DNA of 64,000 nucleotides from the human T2T-CHM13v2.0 reference genome, Homo sapiens. Where the stretch lies: assembly GCF_009914755.1 (NCBI RefSeq), contig NC_060929.1. One strand, written 5' to 3'. The translations under genes were made by a program, and so were the position numbers. Below are positions 37,360 to 52,732 of this stretch, piece after piece (the stretch's first letter is position 1; every line of letters begins with the position of its first letter). The notes beneath the pieces are model-generated. The model made no database searches. It was given only the letters and a program-made list of their open reading frames with translations, and was not told the DNA's origin.

Positions 37360-37665
37360 ACGAATCATTGATTTCTCACAATTGTGGAGGCAGGGAAGTT
37401 CCAAATCGAGGTGCTTGCCCATTGTAGGTCCTAGTGAGGGCTCTCTTCCTGGCCTGTGGATGGCTGTCTTCCTGCTGTGGCCTCACATGGCAGAGAGAAG
37501 CTCTCCAGTGTCTCTTCTTATAAGGACATTAATTGTATGGGACCAGGATTCCACTCTTATGACCTCATTAGCCTTAATTCTTCACTCCAAATAGAGTCAC
37601 ACCAGGGGTTAGGACTTCAGTGTATAAATTTCGGTGGGTGGTGTGGGGGATATAATTCAGTCCTT
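37360..37665 (-). mobile_element. MLT1 LTR fragment
   Basis: atttctcacaattgtggaggcagggaagttcc...cctcacatggcagagaga...cttcttataaggaca. Confidence 0.75.
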
Positions 37666-37998
37666 AATAAATGTTTTTGCCATTTTTACTGTCATTCTGT
37701 CACAAGAACACAGTGGAGTTTTCCAGAGACTACATAAGGGTGTGGTAGCAGCAGGGTGAATGCAGAAGCAGGTATGAGTAGTCAGCAATCCTCCACTAGC
37801 CAGACCTTAGAGAGACTCGCCAGGATGTAACCTTTATCACCACTCCTCTCGCTACACTTTTGTTCTTGTGGAAAATAGTTATTTCTTAATTAAAAATGTT
37901 ATGCTAACAATGTAGTCCATTTCTTTTTTAAAAATAATTAAAAATTTTAAATTTCCATTACGGTAAATGTGATATAAATAGCCTACATAAACAAAAGC

Positions 37999-38326
37999 TG
38001 CCTGGGTGCGGTGGCTCATGCCTGTAATCCCAACACTTTGGGAGGCTGGGGCCTCCCAACACTTCAGGATCACTTGAGTCCAGGCGTTTGAGACCAGCCT
38101 GGGCAACATAGTGAGACCCCATCTCTACAAAAGCAAAACAAAACAAAACTCCCAAAGTCAGCTGGGCCTGGTGGCGTGCGTCTGTGGTCCTAGTTACTCT
38201 GGAGGCTGAGGTGGGAGGATCGCTTTAGCTCAGGAGGTCGAGGCTGCAGCGACCTCTGATGGCGCCACCGCTCTCCAGCCCGGGAGAGAGCTCAACAACA
38301 ACAACAACAAACAAACAAACAAAAAA
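37999..38326 (+). mobile_element. AluJ with a hairpin insertion
   Basis: J-type Alu with (CAA)/(CAAA) tail. Confidence 0.9.
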
Positions 38327-38379
38327 CCCCGCAGAAGCTCTCTGGGCTCCTCACTTGTTTAATGGAATGAAGGAGTCCC

Positions 38380-39010
<631 letters not shown>

Positions 39011-39689
39011 TTGAGATAAAAAAGCTGTTACACTTTCTAGAGCTGCTATCAGTGACTGTACAAAGCAGTCCTCATTAGGGAAACAGTGTCTCCAGAAAAC
39101 CTCCAGCATCTAATGGATTGGTGGATGTCTGACTGTCAGGGGAGGCTGCTCCAGGGAGCACATTTACGATGGAGAACTGGAAACCCGGAGAAGTGGAGCA
39201 AGCAGCTGAGGTGATAGGAGCCGATAAGCGACCCGATCACCTGGCTGGAACCCAGGGCTCCTGACTGTCCGGAATAGCACGAAGAAGCCTAGCCGACTCT
39301 CACGAATTGGTGGTGCCTTTTCATCCTTATATTTTTGGCTTGCCAAGCCTCAGCATGGCGACATCAGAATGGAGATTCTGGTATTTTTCTTTCCTTTTTA
39401 AAAGATTTTTTTTAAAATGAAAGTGAAGAAATAAGGAAATGTTGACTTGATAGCTTTTAGGAGCCTCTGTGTATAGGTTTCAGGACAATCCAATCATAAA
39501 TAGGAATTGCATGTTTTCACTGAGGCAAGCATGAAGTCTGACTTATATAAAAGGCATTAAAATAACTTTTAAAAGCAAACAAAAACTTGTGCATCCAAGA
39601 TGGTCCCATTATGTAGCTATACACTTATTTCAATGATAACGTTATTACATCGCTTTTGGCACTCCTCCTTGGAAAATGCCTTTTTAATG

Positions 39690-40103
39690 ACTTCTGTATT
39701 GAGAAATCATAATTTAGGAATTGATAGATTATCATATATTCACTCCATCTACCAATAACTCTGTGAGAGTCATTTATTGACCTTGGACTTGGCCATGTGG
39801 CTTGCTTAAGAATGGAATGTGGAGAGATAGCAGTGTACCACCAGTCTTGCCTTTAGAAGCACCGTGTTTCTGTTCTCAGGAACATCTGACCTCTGCCATG
39901 AGGTCAAGTAGCTGCCTATTAGCATCTGGGTACCAGACTGAATTCACGTATTGCAGAGGCATCTCAGCCAGCCGGAGGACTCACAGCCTGAAGCAGAGCA
40001 ACCCAGCAGACATGAAGACTCTTGAGTGAGACATAACTACTTATTGTTGTGTGCCACTGTGATTTTGGGGGTTGTCTGTTATGCAGCAATAGCTGACAGT
40101 TAC
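39690..40103 (+). mobile_element. MLT1 LTR remnant
   Basis: ttggacttggccatgtggcttgc...ttttgggggttgtctgttatgcagcaatagctgac. Confidence 0.65.
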
Positions 40104-40268
40104 ATGAGTGAACTGTATTAATATTTGGGAAGTTTATTAAATTACTGGAAATAAAGTTTGCATTTAGGCTGGGTTGTATTATTTTGGGTAAAAAGTGGTG
40201 ACTAAAGTGGTGATATTGAATTATGTGTATGGTTGTATACTTGGTTTCTTATAAACTAAAGAAACTTA

Positions 40269-40550
40269 GGCCAGGCGCAGTGGCTCATGCCTATAATCCC
40301 AGCACTTTGGGAGGCTGAGGTTAGGTAAATTGCTTGAGCTCAGGAGTTCAAGACCAGCCTGAGCAACATGGTGAAACCCTCTCTCTACCAAAAATACAAG
40401 AATTAGTTGGGCGTGGTGGTGTGTCCCTGTGGTCCCAGCTACTCAGGAGGCTGAGGCAGGAGGATCACTTGAGCCAAAAAGGCAGAGGTTGCAGTGAGCT
40501 TGAGTCTCAAAAAAAAAAAAAAAAAAAAAAAAAAAGAAAAAGAAGAAGAA
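40269..40550 (+). mobile_element. AluJ with a ~40-bp deletion at the end of the right arm
   Basis: gttgcagtgagc joined directly to tgagtctcaaaa. Confidence 0.9.
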
Positions 40551-41373
40551 ATTTCAAAAATGTTTACGCATAAGTGTAAGAGGATGGGTTTCCAAAATGA
40601 TTTTCTTGAAGGGGACAGCATGTGTATATTTGTGTGTTTGTCTAGAGATGTTGCTTTAAAAGCAGACATGGTACACAAATTCACTGCTGTGTTTTCTTAT
40701 CTTTATTATCTCCTGTTTAGATGTCTTCAGATTATGGTTTCATATCTTTTGTTGGTTTCATACTAATTTTCATTTTACTATTCTTGTGTTTTTCTGAATG
40801 GTCCCTTTCTTCCTTTTACAATGAAAATGTCATCTGCATGCATGAACATTTGTTACCTCCATTTCTCTCTGGTGTCAAAGATTTTTACTATTATGCTTGA
40901 ATAAAAGGTCGAGTTTCATTTGTGTTTAGAGACATTTTTGAAGATAAGCAGAATGTGAAGCCAGCTTGATTTTAAAAGTTTGTACACAGGAGCAGGAAAG
41001 CTGATCCAAAAAAGTGTGGGAAGTTCCACAATCACTAGAATAACGAGAAAATCTTTAAAATGCTGGAGTGGGAAGGGGAACTGGACAGTCTAAACTCTTA
41101 TTCTAGAGATGAGGAAATGAAGTGATTTCCTTGGGTCACATTGTAAGGTAGTGGCTGGGTTTTGTGAAAACTAAGAACAAGGAACCTGGAATATAAGTAG
41201 AGAGGTAGAAAAAAAAATGCTTTCTCCAGAAACAGAGCCTCTGACAAGAATTTGAGAGCAGACAGTTTATTTGGGAGGAAATTGCAGAAAGCACTGGTAG
41301 GGGCATCAAAGTGTAGTCCCCAGGTAAGCAGCCTCAGCCTCACCTAGGATCCTCTTAGAAATGCAGAATCTCA

Positions 41374-41744
<371 letters not shown>

Positions 41745-42863
41745 TTATTAAGATTCCTAGGTGATTCAGGGGCACATTACAGTTTGTGAAGAACAGCCCC
41801 AGCCATCCCTCCCACTGGCATGAACCCTGGGGTTTTTATCCTCTGACTGGCATCCTTCATTGACTAAGGGCTGGTCCCAGGAGATGAACTCCCCAGGACT
41901 TCTGCAGATTTCAGAGCAAGAGCAAGCTTTCAGCTGGAGCTTTATCTCAGTAGGACAGGAAGACGCTGTCAGCTTGGACTAGGACTCAGAATGGTGAGTG
42001 CCGTGGCCATGTGGGCAAGGCAGAGAGCCAAAATCCTTACTGTCCTGAACAGCAGAGGCAGCCGGGAGCCTTTCCATTGTGGGAGATATGTCCCAGACAG
42101 AGGGTTTGCTAGTTCAAGTACTTCATACAGAGATGAACTTGATTAGCCATCAAACTCTCTCTCTACATTTGGTATGTTTTAAAAGGTGTCAGGTCAGTGT
42201 TTCCAAATTCAAATACAAATTTATAAGGATGTGGTTCAAAGTTTAAACTCAGAGCCCCTAAGCAAAAATTCCAGGATGGGTTTTCTCAGCTTTTGGCCGC
42301 CAACTTCTTGACTGGAGGGTCTCCTGTCCTTCTCTGCCCCTGAACCCTGCTCTAGGGATGGCAGTGACTTTGGGGAATGGGTTTTCTGCTTGGACTGTCC
42401 CTCTTAGCACCTGGAGCCTCAAGATAACCTTGCTCCTGTTTGTCCCTGCACTTCCGGTGGCCCCTTCTTTCTGTCAAGCATTAGGTGTAGAACCTAACAG
42501 CCACCACATTTGTGTGGAGTACAGAGCTTTATTTTGTTTGAACAAAAGCCATGTGTATAGAATCTAATTTTTCTGCTTCCCCAGATTTGTTTGGCCCCAC
42601 TTTCATCCCAGGCCATTGATTACTGCTCAGTGGAGTCCCTTTGCGGTCACCACCACTGCCTGTGAATATGTTGGAGCACATTGTTTTCAAATACTGCATC
42701 CCACTTGCTCATGGTATACAATTCTTTCTATATATTGCAGATTTCCATTTACTAATATTTTAATAAGAATTTCTATGTCTGTATTTTTGGGACATGTTGG
42801 TCTGCAGTTTTCTTTCTTTAAAACTGTCTTTGTCTGGTTTTGGTGTCAGGGTTCATAAAATGA

Positions 42864-43291
<428 letters not shown>

Positions 43292-43628
43292 ATTAATTCG
43301 ATTTTTGAAACAGTTACAGGGGTACTCAAATTATTTCGTATGGGGTGAGCTGTGGTAGCTTGTTTTTAAAAGAATTACTCCTTTTTATCTCAGAAAAGGT
43401 GATTTGCCAAAGACTGAGATTGAGCTAGAGCCTGATCTGGTGCTTTTTCTTCCATCTGGCAGAGCCCTCCCCTCTCTGGCTGGCTCTTAAAGCTGCCCCT
43501 TCCTGCCTCCCTGGCTTTCCCCAGATCTCTCCTGCCCACACCATTTCCTGCTTTCTAAGCCAGCTTTCAGCTACTTCCCCTTAGGGGAGTGGTTCTCAAG
43601 ATTTTCCAGCTCAACCCATACATACTGA

Positions 43629-43950
<322 letters not shown>

Positions 43951-45178
43951 AATAACCTGTTTTTAACAATTTTTCCATGTGCTTCTGCTGCACAGTATGT
44001 TAAAAACTACTGCCGTATGGTGTCTTTCTTTAAAAGAGTAAAGCTTACAGTGCAGTCCTTCCCAAGAACATCTTCAGTTTAACAGGGGGCCTTTTCAGAC
44101 CTGTAAAGGAATTTGTGATGCGGGGAAAAGGGTCACAGTCTTGGGTCTGGAGAGATGTGTTTGTGTCTGAGTTAGACCCTATCCTTGCTAGTGTTGAACT
44201 CGAATGTATCACTCAATTTACACATTAGTTTGTTTTTTTTTTTTTTTAACAAAATAGGGATGCTTTCCCTATTTCATAAAGTTGTGATTAGATCATAGAA
44301 AGTATTATCAAATGGAATCATGATAACTGCTATTTATGGAGGGTCAAGTCTCACAACAACCTTGCAAGTAATATTCTCTTTAAAGAGCTGGGAAATCAAG
44401 CCCAGATAATTCATAAGCACTTACAACATGCCACACATCCCTATGAAGTATACAAACTACTACAATTCCCATTTTATAGATGAGGAAACTGATGGAACTT
44501 GCCCAAGACCACATAACTAGGAAGTAGTAGAGTCAGGATTCAAATCTAGAAAGTCTGGCTCTTGTTCAGCTGGGCTAGGAAGTTGATGCATGTGGTGCAG
44601 AGGACACATGGGAAGTGGGAGAGATGGGAGTGGTGCCCAGTTCTAGCTCCAAAGGCCATGCTGGTGCCTCTATTTCAAGTCACCTTCATTCATTCAATCA
44701 GCACATACTTATTGAGTGCCTACTTTGTCGCAAGGACTGTTCTGGTCATTGGATAAATGCTGGTGAGTAAAATAGATTGGTCCTTAGAACTTTATAGAAT
44801 TCATAGTTTAAAGATAACATGGAAATGGCTACAAAATAATGTTGACTATTCTAATGAGGATGAAATGGAATGATAAGCACATAGGGAAACTGGCTGATGG
44901 CTGTGTGCAGCTCCTGAAATTATAACCTGCTGTTGACCGTCTACTAGACTTAAGATCAGTGCTGAGTTGGGTCTGTTTTTTAAAACAATCACCAACTTAC
45001 AGAAAATTTGGAAGTCCTGTACAAAGAACATATTTTTCTCTGATCCATTTGAAAGTAAGTTGCCAACCTGATGCTTAGCCCCAAGTACTTTAGTGTGAAT
45101 TTCCTATAAACAGGACTTTCTCCTACTGAACCATAACACACCATCAAAATGAGGAAGTTGACATGAATCCTCAGAGCC

Positions 45179-45600
45179 TGCTATGGTTTGAATGTATGTG
45201 TCCCTCCAAAATTCATCTGTTGAAACCTAAGACCCAATGTGACAGTTTTAAGATGTGGGACCTTTTGGGAAGTGATAAGTCCCGATGGCTCTGCCCACAT
45301 GAATGTATTAGTGAGTGCCCTTGTAACAGGGCTGGAGAGTACTATCTACGTAGGCCCTCTTTGCCTTTTTTTTTTTTTTTTCCTTTCTCTCGAGGTCACC
45401 ATGTGAGGACTCAGTGTTGTGGAGCCACTAGAAGCTGAAAGGGGCAGGGAAGGAAATCTCCCCTAGAGCTTTTGGGGATTACGGCCCTGCCAACACCTTG
45501 AGTTCTGACATCTGGGCTCTGGAACTGTGGGAGAATCAATTTGTCTTCAGCCCCGCAGTTTGTGGCAATTTGTTACAGCAGCTGTAGGAAATGAACACAC
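45179..45600 (+). mobile_element. MLT1 LTR
   Basis: tgctatggtttgaatgtatgtgtccctccaaaattc...tttgtggcaatttgttacagcagc. Confidence 0.75.
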
Positions 45601-47679
45601 CAGCCACCTAGAAAACCACCAGTTCAGATGGGTGGGTCAGATTCCAACTCCACCTGAAGGGATAATTCTAGTTTTCTCCCTCCTCATATTTTCAACTCCG
45701 TTTTCTGACAAGAAACCTGGCTTCTGTGATGCTTAATAGATTGACTTCTTTGGTCAGTCCCCCATATGACAGCGACCTCCCTGCTCCTCTGCCACCCTTG
45801 GCCCTGAGGGGGCTCCCTCCCGACCTCCCCACTGGACTCAGGGCAGTGTCCTGCTCTGGGCACACACCCATATCCTCTGTCTCACCTAATGGCTAGACAC
45901 ACATTACTCGGAGGGGAAGGGAAGGAGAAGGGTAGAGGAAGACCAGCCCTGGTTTATGCCCACCCTTGCTGGAGCATCTCGACTCTCGGTGCACTGCCCT
46001 GCTCCCCTGGGAGGTGCTGGGTGCCCACCGTGCCAGGCTGGAATGCGGGTGCCCCTGCAGGAGGCTGAGCCTGTATGTGATCACACAGTGCAGGGGTCAG
46101 GCTTCGATGTAAGAGTGGCAGGAGTGCGTGTCACCGTCTTACCCTCCCCTCCTCAGAGCGTCCCGACGCACCTGCAAAACCCAGTGTATCTTTCTACACA
46201 TGTGGTGTCATTGGCCAGGCCAGGGCTTGGCTCCTGGGAGTGGTGCTGCAGGCAAACTGGGGAGAATTGAGATCCTTTATTTCAGTTAGGATAAGGCATG
46301 CATTTAAATGTCAGAGGCATTTCCTGGTGGCATAATGGATATTTATCCCCTATTAGATAGGGAGCAATCTGCACTGAAGAAGCCTTCAGATTAAATTTCA
46401 GGGATGAACCAAGATTCATCCTGACAGGTATATAGATCCTCAAAGAATAAGTCCTCATAAAATAGCCTAAAAATGTTCCTTATGGCAGTTCGATACTTTG
46501 TAAAGAGCCCTTATTATTTGTGCTTGATAATGTATGACTTAAATTTAAGAACTGTTTAATACAAGCATGTCCTTTCTCCCTAAAGTGATTCATTCATTCA
46601 TTCATTCACACAGATTTTTCTAAATATCTAATATTGACCAGACACTGGGCTAAGCATAAGCTAAGTACTCTGTTTTTAGAGAGCTCAGTAGGGTGGGGAA
46701 CACAGATTGCTAAGTCAGTAGTACAATGTTTATCGATATGGGCACATCAAAAGATATGATACTTAGTGCCCTGGGGACACAAGGTGGGAGGTTCTCCTTT
46801 GCACGGGCTTTCCTGCAAAGGCTCTGTTGCTCTATCAATCAAACAGCAGGACATAGGCAACCTAAGCAAAGGGAAATGCTTGTAGGACTTCCAGGATTGA
46901 TTAGATATGGACAGCAGGTTTGACAGTGGGGAGGAGCAAAGGCTATGCTGCAGGGCTGCCCCTGTTCCTTCCATCCCGTGGAACTCTGTCAAGATCCAAA
47001 GTCCAGAAGACAGCATCTACCTGACCAAGCTTAAGTCATATGTCTGCTCATAAACTTAGGGATGGGGAAGGGAAGGGAAGGGCAAAGGGAGAGGTGAAAT
47101 CTGTTTCTTTCCCTTTCAGTAGAGATGAAACTGGTGCCTGGAATAATTACCTTCTTACTAAGATTAAACACACTAGGGAGTTATTCTCTAAAAGGAAAAC
47201 AAACTCAGATTAGGAATGAAGAATGGAAGCTGGACAAATCTTTACAATGACCAATGACTCTTACCTGGACATTCAGGCATGGGGAAGAATATGGGTAAAG
47301 GCAAGTCCTTAGTAATACTGCTGAACTGCTGGATCAAGCCTTACCTGAAACCAACTGACCTTGGAGCTTTCCAGTTATGTGAACAAGTAAGTGTCCCCTA
47401 TGCCCTCCCATTTTTTGCTCTAAGCCCATTTGAATTTGGTTATCTGTCAGTGTAACCAAAATATTTCTAACTGATAGACCCCCAGAATGTTTTTTAATAA
47501 GATTCTAGGCAGTCTTTTTTCCCTAAGAAATTATTGATTTTTACTCATTTTTCAGTCTCTGAGTGACATTTGTGCTGCACGTTTATAGCTCATATCAGAT
47601 GACTGATCCAGCTGATAATATCACATTTTCAAGTCATTTATCTCAGATAGGTAGTGTACAAACAAAATGATGTTTGTGC

Positions 47680-47827
47680 CATGTAGGCTAATTTTTAAAA
47701 TTGTTTTTGTAGAGACAAGATCTCACTGTGTTGCCCAGGCTGGTCTTGAACTCCTGGGCTGAAGCAATCCTTCTACCTTGGCCTCCTAAAGTGTTAGGAT
47801 TGCTTGTGTAGGCCACCATGCCCTGCC
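47680..47827 (-). mobile_element. Alu left monomer (J/FLAM)
   Basis: Single antisense monomer. Confidence 0.8.
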
Positions 47828-48179
47828 ACATTCTTGTTTTCATAATTAATCTGAAATTTGTTTTATCCTTAAGAGTTGTTTTTAGGTAATTTTAACTGTA
47901 GAAATTCAGCATGGTTTATCAAAATATTTTTTGTAAAATGGAACTTTATTCTACAATGTATCGAAAATTGCAAGACACAAGTACCATTGAAACAGGTAAA
48001 GGTTTATTATATAGAATGGTGAAACATAAAGAAAATAATTTTATTCTTTTTAAGGAGCCTTCATTAAGAAAACCCAATTTAAAGATATTTCTGTTTCCAA
48101 ATAATTTATGTATATTTGTTGCAGCATAATTCTCCAAACATACCTAATGTAAAATACAAAACTATTTGAAACCGAATTC

Positions 48180-48270
48180 AAATATAAAATATATATGTGT
48201 GTGTATATATATACATACATATGTATGTACATATATGTATATGTACACATATATACATATATATGTATAT
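48180..48270. repeat. (TA/TG/CA) compound microsatellite
   Basis: Alternating purine-pyrimidine run. Confidence 0.85.
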
Positions 48271-48936
48271 GAGCTATAAATGACTGTGCTAAAGATGCAG
48301 AAACCTGAAGACTCATCAGTGCGTCCTCAAATCAGGCAGGTTGGTCAGCCACCAACAAGCCTCACCTTTTCAAGTCCTTGCCCACCAATTAAGGGAAAAT
48401 GTCTATAATGAACCATAGACTAACAAAGATTTTATAAAATGACTTTCAAAGGATTTTTTCCCGAAATGCCCTATGTGATCTGGCAACTGCCTCCTTGTCC
48501 TCTTTTTTCTCTACCTCCAAAATAAATCAGGTTCTGTGACGTTTGATGCTAAACCATAATTCGGCTTTGGGCATTTTAATTAAGATATTTTTGTGAAATT
48601 CACTTATCTGTGGCATCTTTTTTCTTCTTTTTCTAAATTCATATTCTAAACATTTCAGGAACTAAAACTTCAATACTACATCAACCGTATTATTATGGTA
48701 GCTTTCTTCCTTTAAGTGGACATTTAAAGTTCTCTTCAAAGCAATGAAAAAGAATGGCAAATAATCTCCACAAGAATGAGTTATATGAATATGTTTTGAG
48801 ATTTTGATACCTCTGTTCTTGAAATATCTACTAGCAACTCATTAGGTCAGAGTCTTAGAGCTTAGACATAGTGAAGCTCAGAATGCAATAAAGGGGACAA
48901 AAGTCCTGTAGACTAGGCATTAAAAAACCTTTTTAA

Positions 48937-49065
<129 letters not shown>

Positions 49066-50738
49066 TAGCCAGTTATGTGAACGGGATAAATCCACTGGGC
49101 ATATGATACATTTTTTCACATTACTGCTGTCATCATTCCTTAGTTGCTTTTTTCTTTAGGATCCTGGAGTTGTCTGAAAAGATTGACATTATTCGACTAT
49201 TTCTCTGGCATTTCAATGAGAATAGACTATTAACAAAGGAAAGTGAACTCAAAAATAGTAAATTAGACCCCTTAACTTGCTCGTATCAGCAGAAAAATAG
49301 ATTAACAATTTTTTTTCAGATTCTTTCCCTACACTGATAGTTTTCCAGCTACTTATAAGATCTCATCTTGATATCAACAGTGTTAGATATTAACAAAATA
49401 CAATAGCATTAAGAAGACGTATTTCATCATTCTACTTTATTGAGAACCTAAATAACCAGTTGAGAGTTATGTAGGGAAAGCAAGATTAGAACCCACGTTT
49501 TCTGTCTGCTGATACTGTGCTTTGTCATTCTGTGACACTACACTGCTTCTAATAAAAGGCCTTCTATTTCTTAATTTTTAAGAGTAAAAATATATCTTAA
49601 GCAAAAACAATATGTTGAAAACAAATCTCTGTGGGTTTTTTTTTCTTTTTCTAGAAGTTACACATATTTCTTAGTAGGAATACATTTCCATCTTTCTGTT
49701 TGGAGTGAGTCACATTTTAATGTTTTGTTTCAGAATTTGCATCTGAAGGGTTAATAAAGATACAGTATGGCATAAAGGCTAAACATAGCTCTTAATGCTG
49801 CTGGCGATCATCCCCTGGAATATACTAGTGCTGAGATTTATGGAGCCCCTTAGGCTCCCACAGACCCTCAGCTTCAGGGAAAGGAAGGCTCACTCCAGAG
49901 AACAATGTGCATATATTCATTCTGCTGCCCTGCGGCACAGCCCAGCCTGCTAACCTGGTCACCTTCTGCCTCACTCTTCAGTCTTAGCTTTTGCGTTGAT
50001 GTACACGTAAATCACTTGGGACACAGAGTGAAATCACAGTATTTAATCAGCATACTCACTGGTCAATTTTACTTGCCTCCTTGCAAAGAAGCAAGTCTTA
50101 TTTCAGAGCTCTAAGCTGTTAATTATTGTAAGCAATCCATCAAATACATAGGTTTCTGAAATATGTTGGACTATGATTTAATTATTTTCCTCAATTATTA
50201 TTTTCTGCTATTTCAATTTTTGAAAGCCATACAATTAATCAGTTATAATTGGGTATGGGCGCCTCTCCACCAATCCATGACCCCCAGCGCCTGCATCAGA
50301 TGTTGAAATAACACGATAAATGTGTTTGGATGAAAAAATACTGTGGTGACATGTTTGGATGAATCAAGTTCACATAAATGGTACAATAGATGGGATGAGC
50401 ATGCAAGCTAACATAGCTTTATATTGCTTATGTTTACAGATTTGTGCAAGTCTTAGAAGCCTAGATACACTTACTATGCACCATATTTAAGAATTGTTGA
50501 TTGAAGAGGTGGACAATAAAACAATCAAGCCATATTTCCTGCATGCAAAGGACCAGTAATTAAGGATGAAGGGGCATGCTCTCTTCCTCCCCTGCTTTCC
50601 CCTATTGTTACCAAACATTAAATATTCAAAAGCATTTGACTAAAAATGTCACTACACATTTATAATATTCCATTAAAGCTGATATAAAAAATATTAATAG
50701 ACATTTGTTATGGTATTATAGCATAAAAAGGCTGTAGC

Positions 50739-51076
<338 letters not shown>

Positions 51077-51263
51077 TGTAGCATAAAAAAGGTGAGCAAA
51101 CTCAAGATCTACCATGATCAAATGTCTACCTAATATGACATGCCTAACATTTATCAGTAGAAGTCAGTTATCATGTTTAATAAAAATAATCAGCTTGTTT
51201 TTGAACTATCATTTTCTATCAGTCATTGAACACTTTCTTGTTTCTTCCTTTAAAAACTGCTAA

Positions 51264-51612
<349 letters not shown>

Positions 51613-52372
51613 TGACAAGTAAAAAAATTTTAAAGAAAAGCTGAGAACACAAAGTATACAATTCCTAATAATATGTTGATAAAGAATTACAAGTTGAAAA
51701 TAAAATTTGCAATAGCTAAAAGTTTCATGGGTCTCTATAGAAACCAACAGCGGCAAGGGGATTGCTGCAGGGGAGGCGTGGTGGTGGTTCATTCTTTCAT
51801 TCTAACGAACTGCTACTGTGTGCTATATAGACTTGAGGAACCACCTGCTGCCTATTCAGTGATAAGTGTTTACTGACATTGCTCCTGTGAAAGGACTCCA
51901 GGGATCAATGGGTAGAGATAGGAGAAGGAATAAATTGAGAAAGATTGCTGTCAACTGGCTTGAATGCGAACACCAGGTCTTGTGGTAGAGATGAGGTATG
52001 TGGTTACCCTAAAGCAAAACATCTCATAAGATTGTTTAATGGAAAAATGGAATTCTTTCTTATCAAATGTAATCATTCATTACAGGAAAGATGAAAGTAA
52101 TTGTGAGATGCCATTACCACTTGCCACAGTAGTTTAAGACATGTATTGACTTGGCTTTTAGTTACCTACGTTTTCCTGGAGTCTTTTTGTCTTAATAAGG
52201 TTCCAAAGACAATTGGACTCTGTTCTTAACCAGTGCCTAAGTTACTCCTTAACGAATAAAGTAGGTGTTTCGAGAGCCACATTAATTCTTTTTAAGCTAG
52301 TAGCTGCTTACGAAGGTGAATTAATTCTTCAATAATTCTATATAGTAGCATAACTATGAGAGAGAGAGAAAA

Positions 52373-52732
52373 TGAATTAGTCTGTTCTAACATTGCTCTA
52401 AGGAAATACCCAAGATTGGGTAATTGATAAAGAAAAGAAGCTTAATTGACTCACAGTTCCTCATGGCTGGAGAGGCCTCAGGAAACTTACAATCATGGTG
52501 GAAGGCTCCTCTTCACAGGGTGGCAGGAGAATGAGCATTAGCAGGGGAAATGACAGACGCTTATAAAACCATCAGATCTCGTGAGAACTCACTCACTATC
52601 ACGAGAGCAGCATGGGGGAAACTGCTCCCATGATCCAATCACCTCCCACCAGGTCCCTCCCATGACACGTGGGGATTATGGGGATTACAATTCAAGATGG
52701 GATTTGGGTGGAGACACAACTGAACCATATCA
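52373..52732 (-). mobile_element. THE1/MST (MaLR) solo LTR
   Basis: Reverse complement begins tgatatggttcagttgtgtctccacccaaatccc. Confidence 0.88.
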
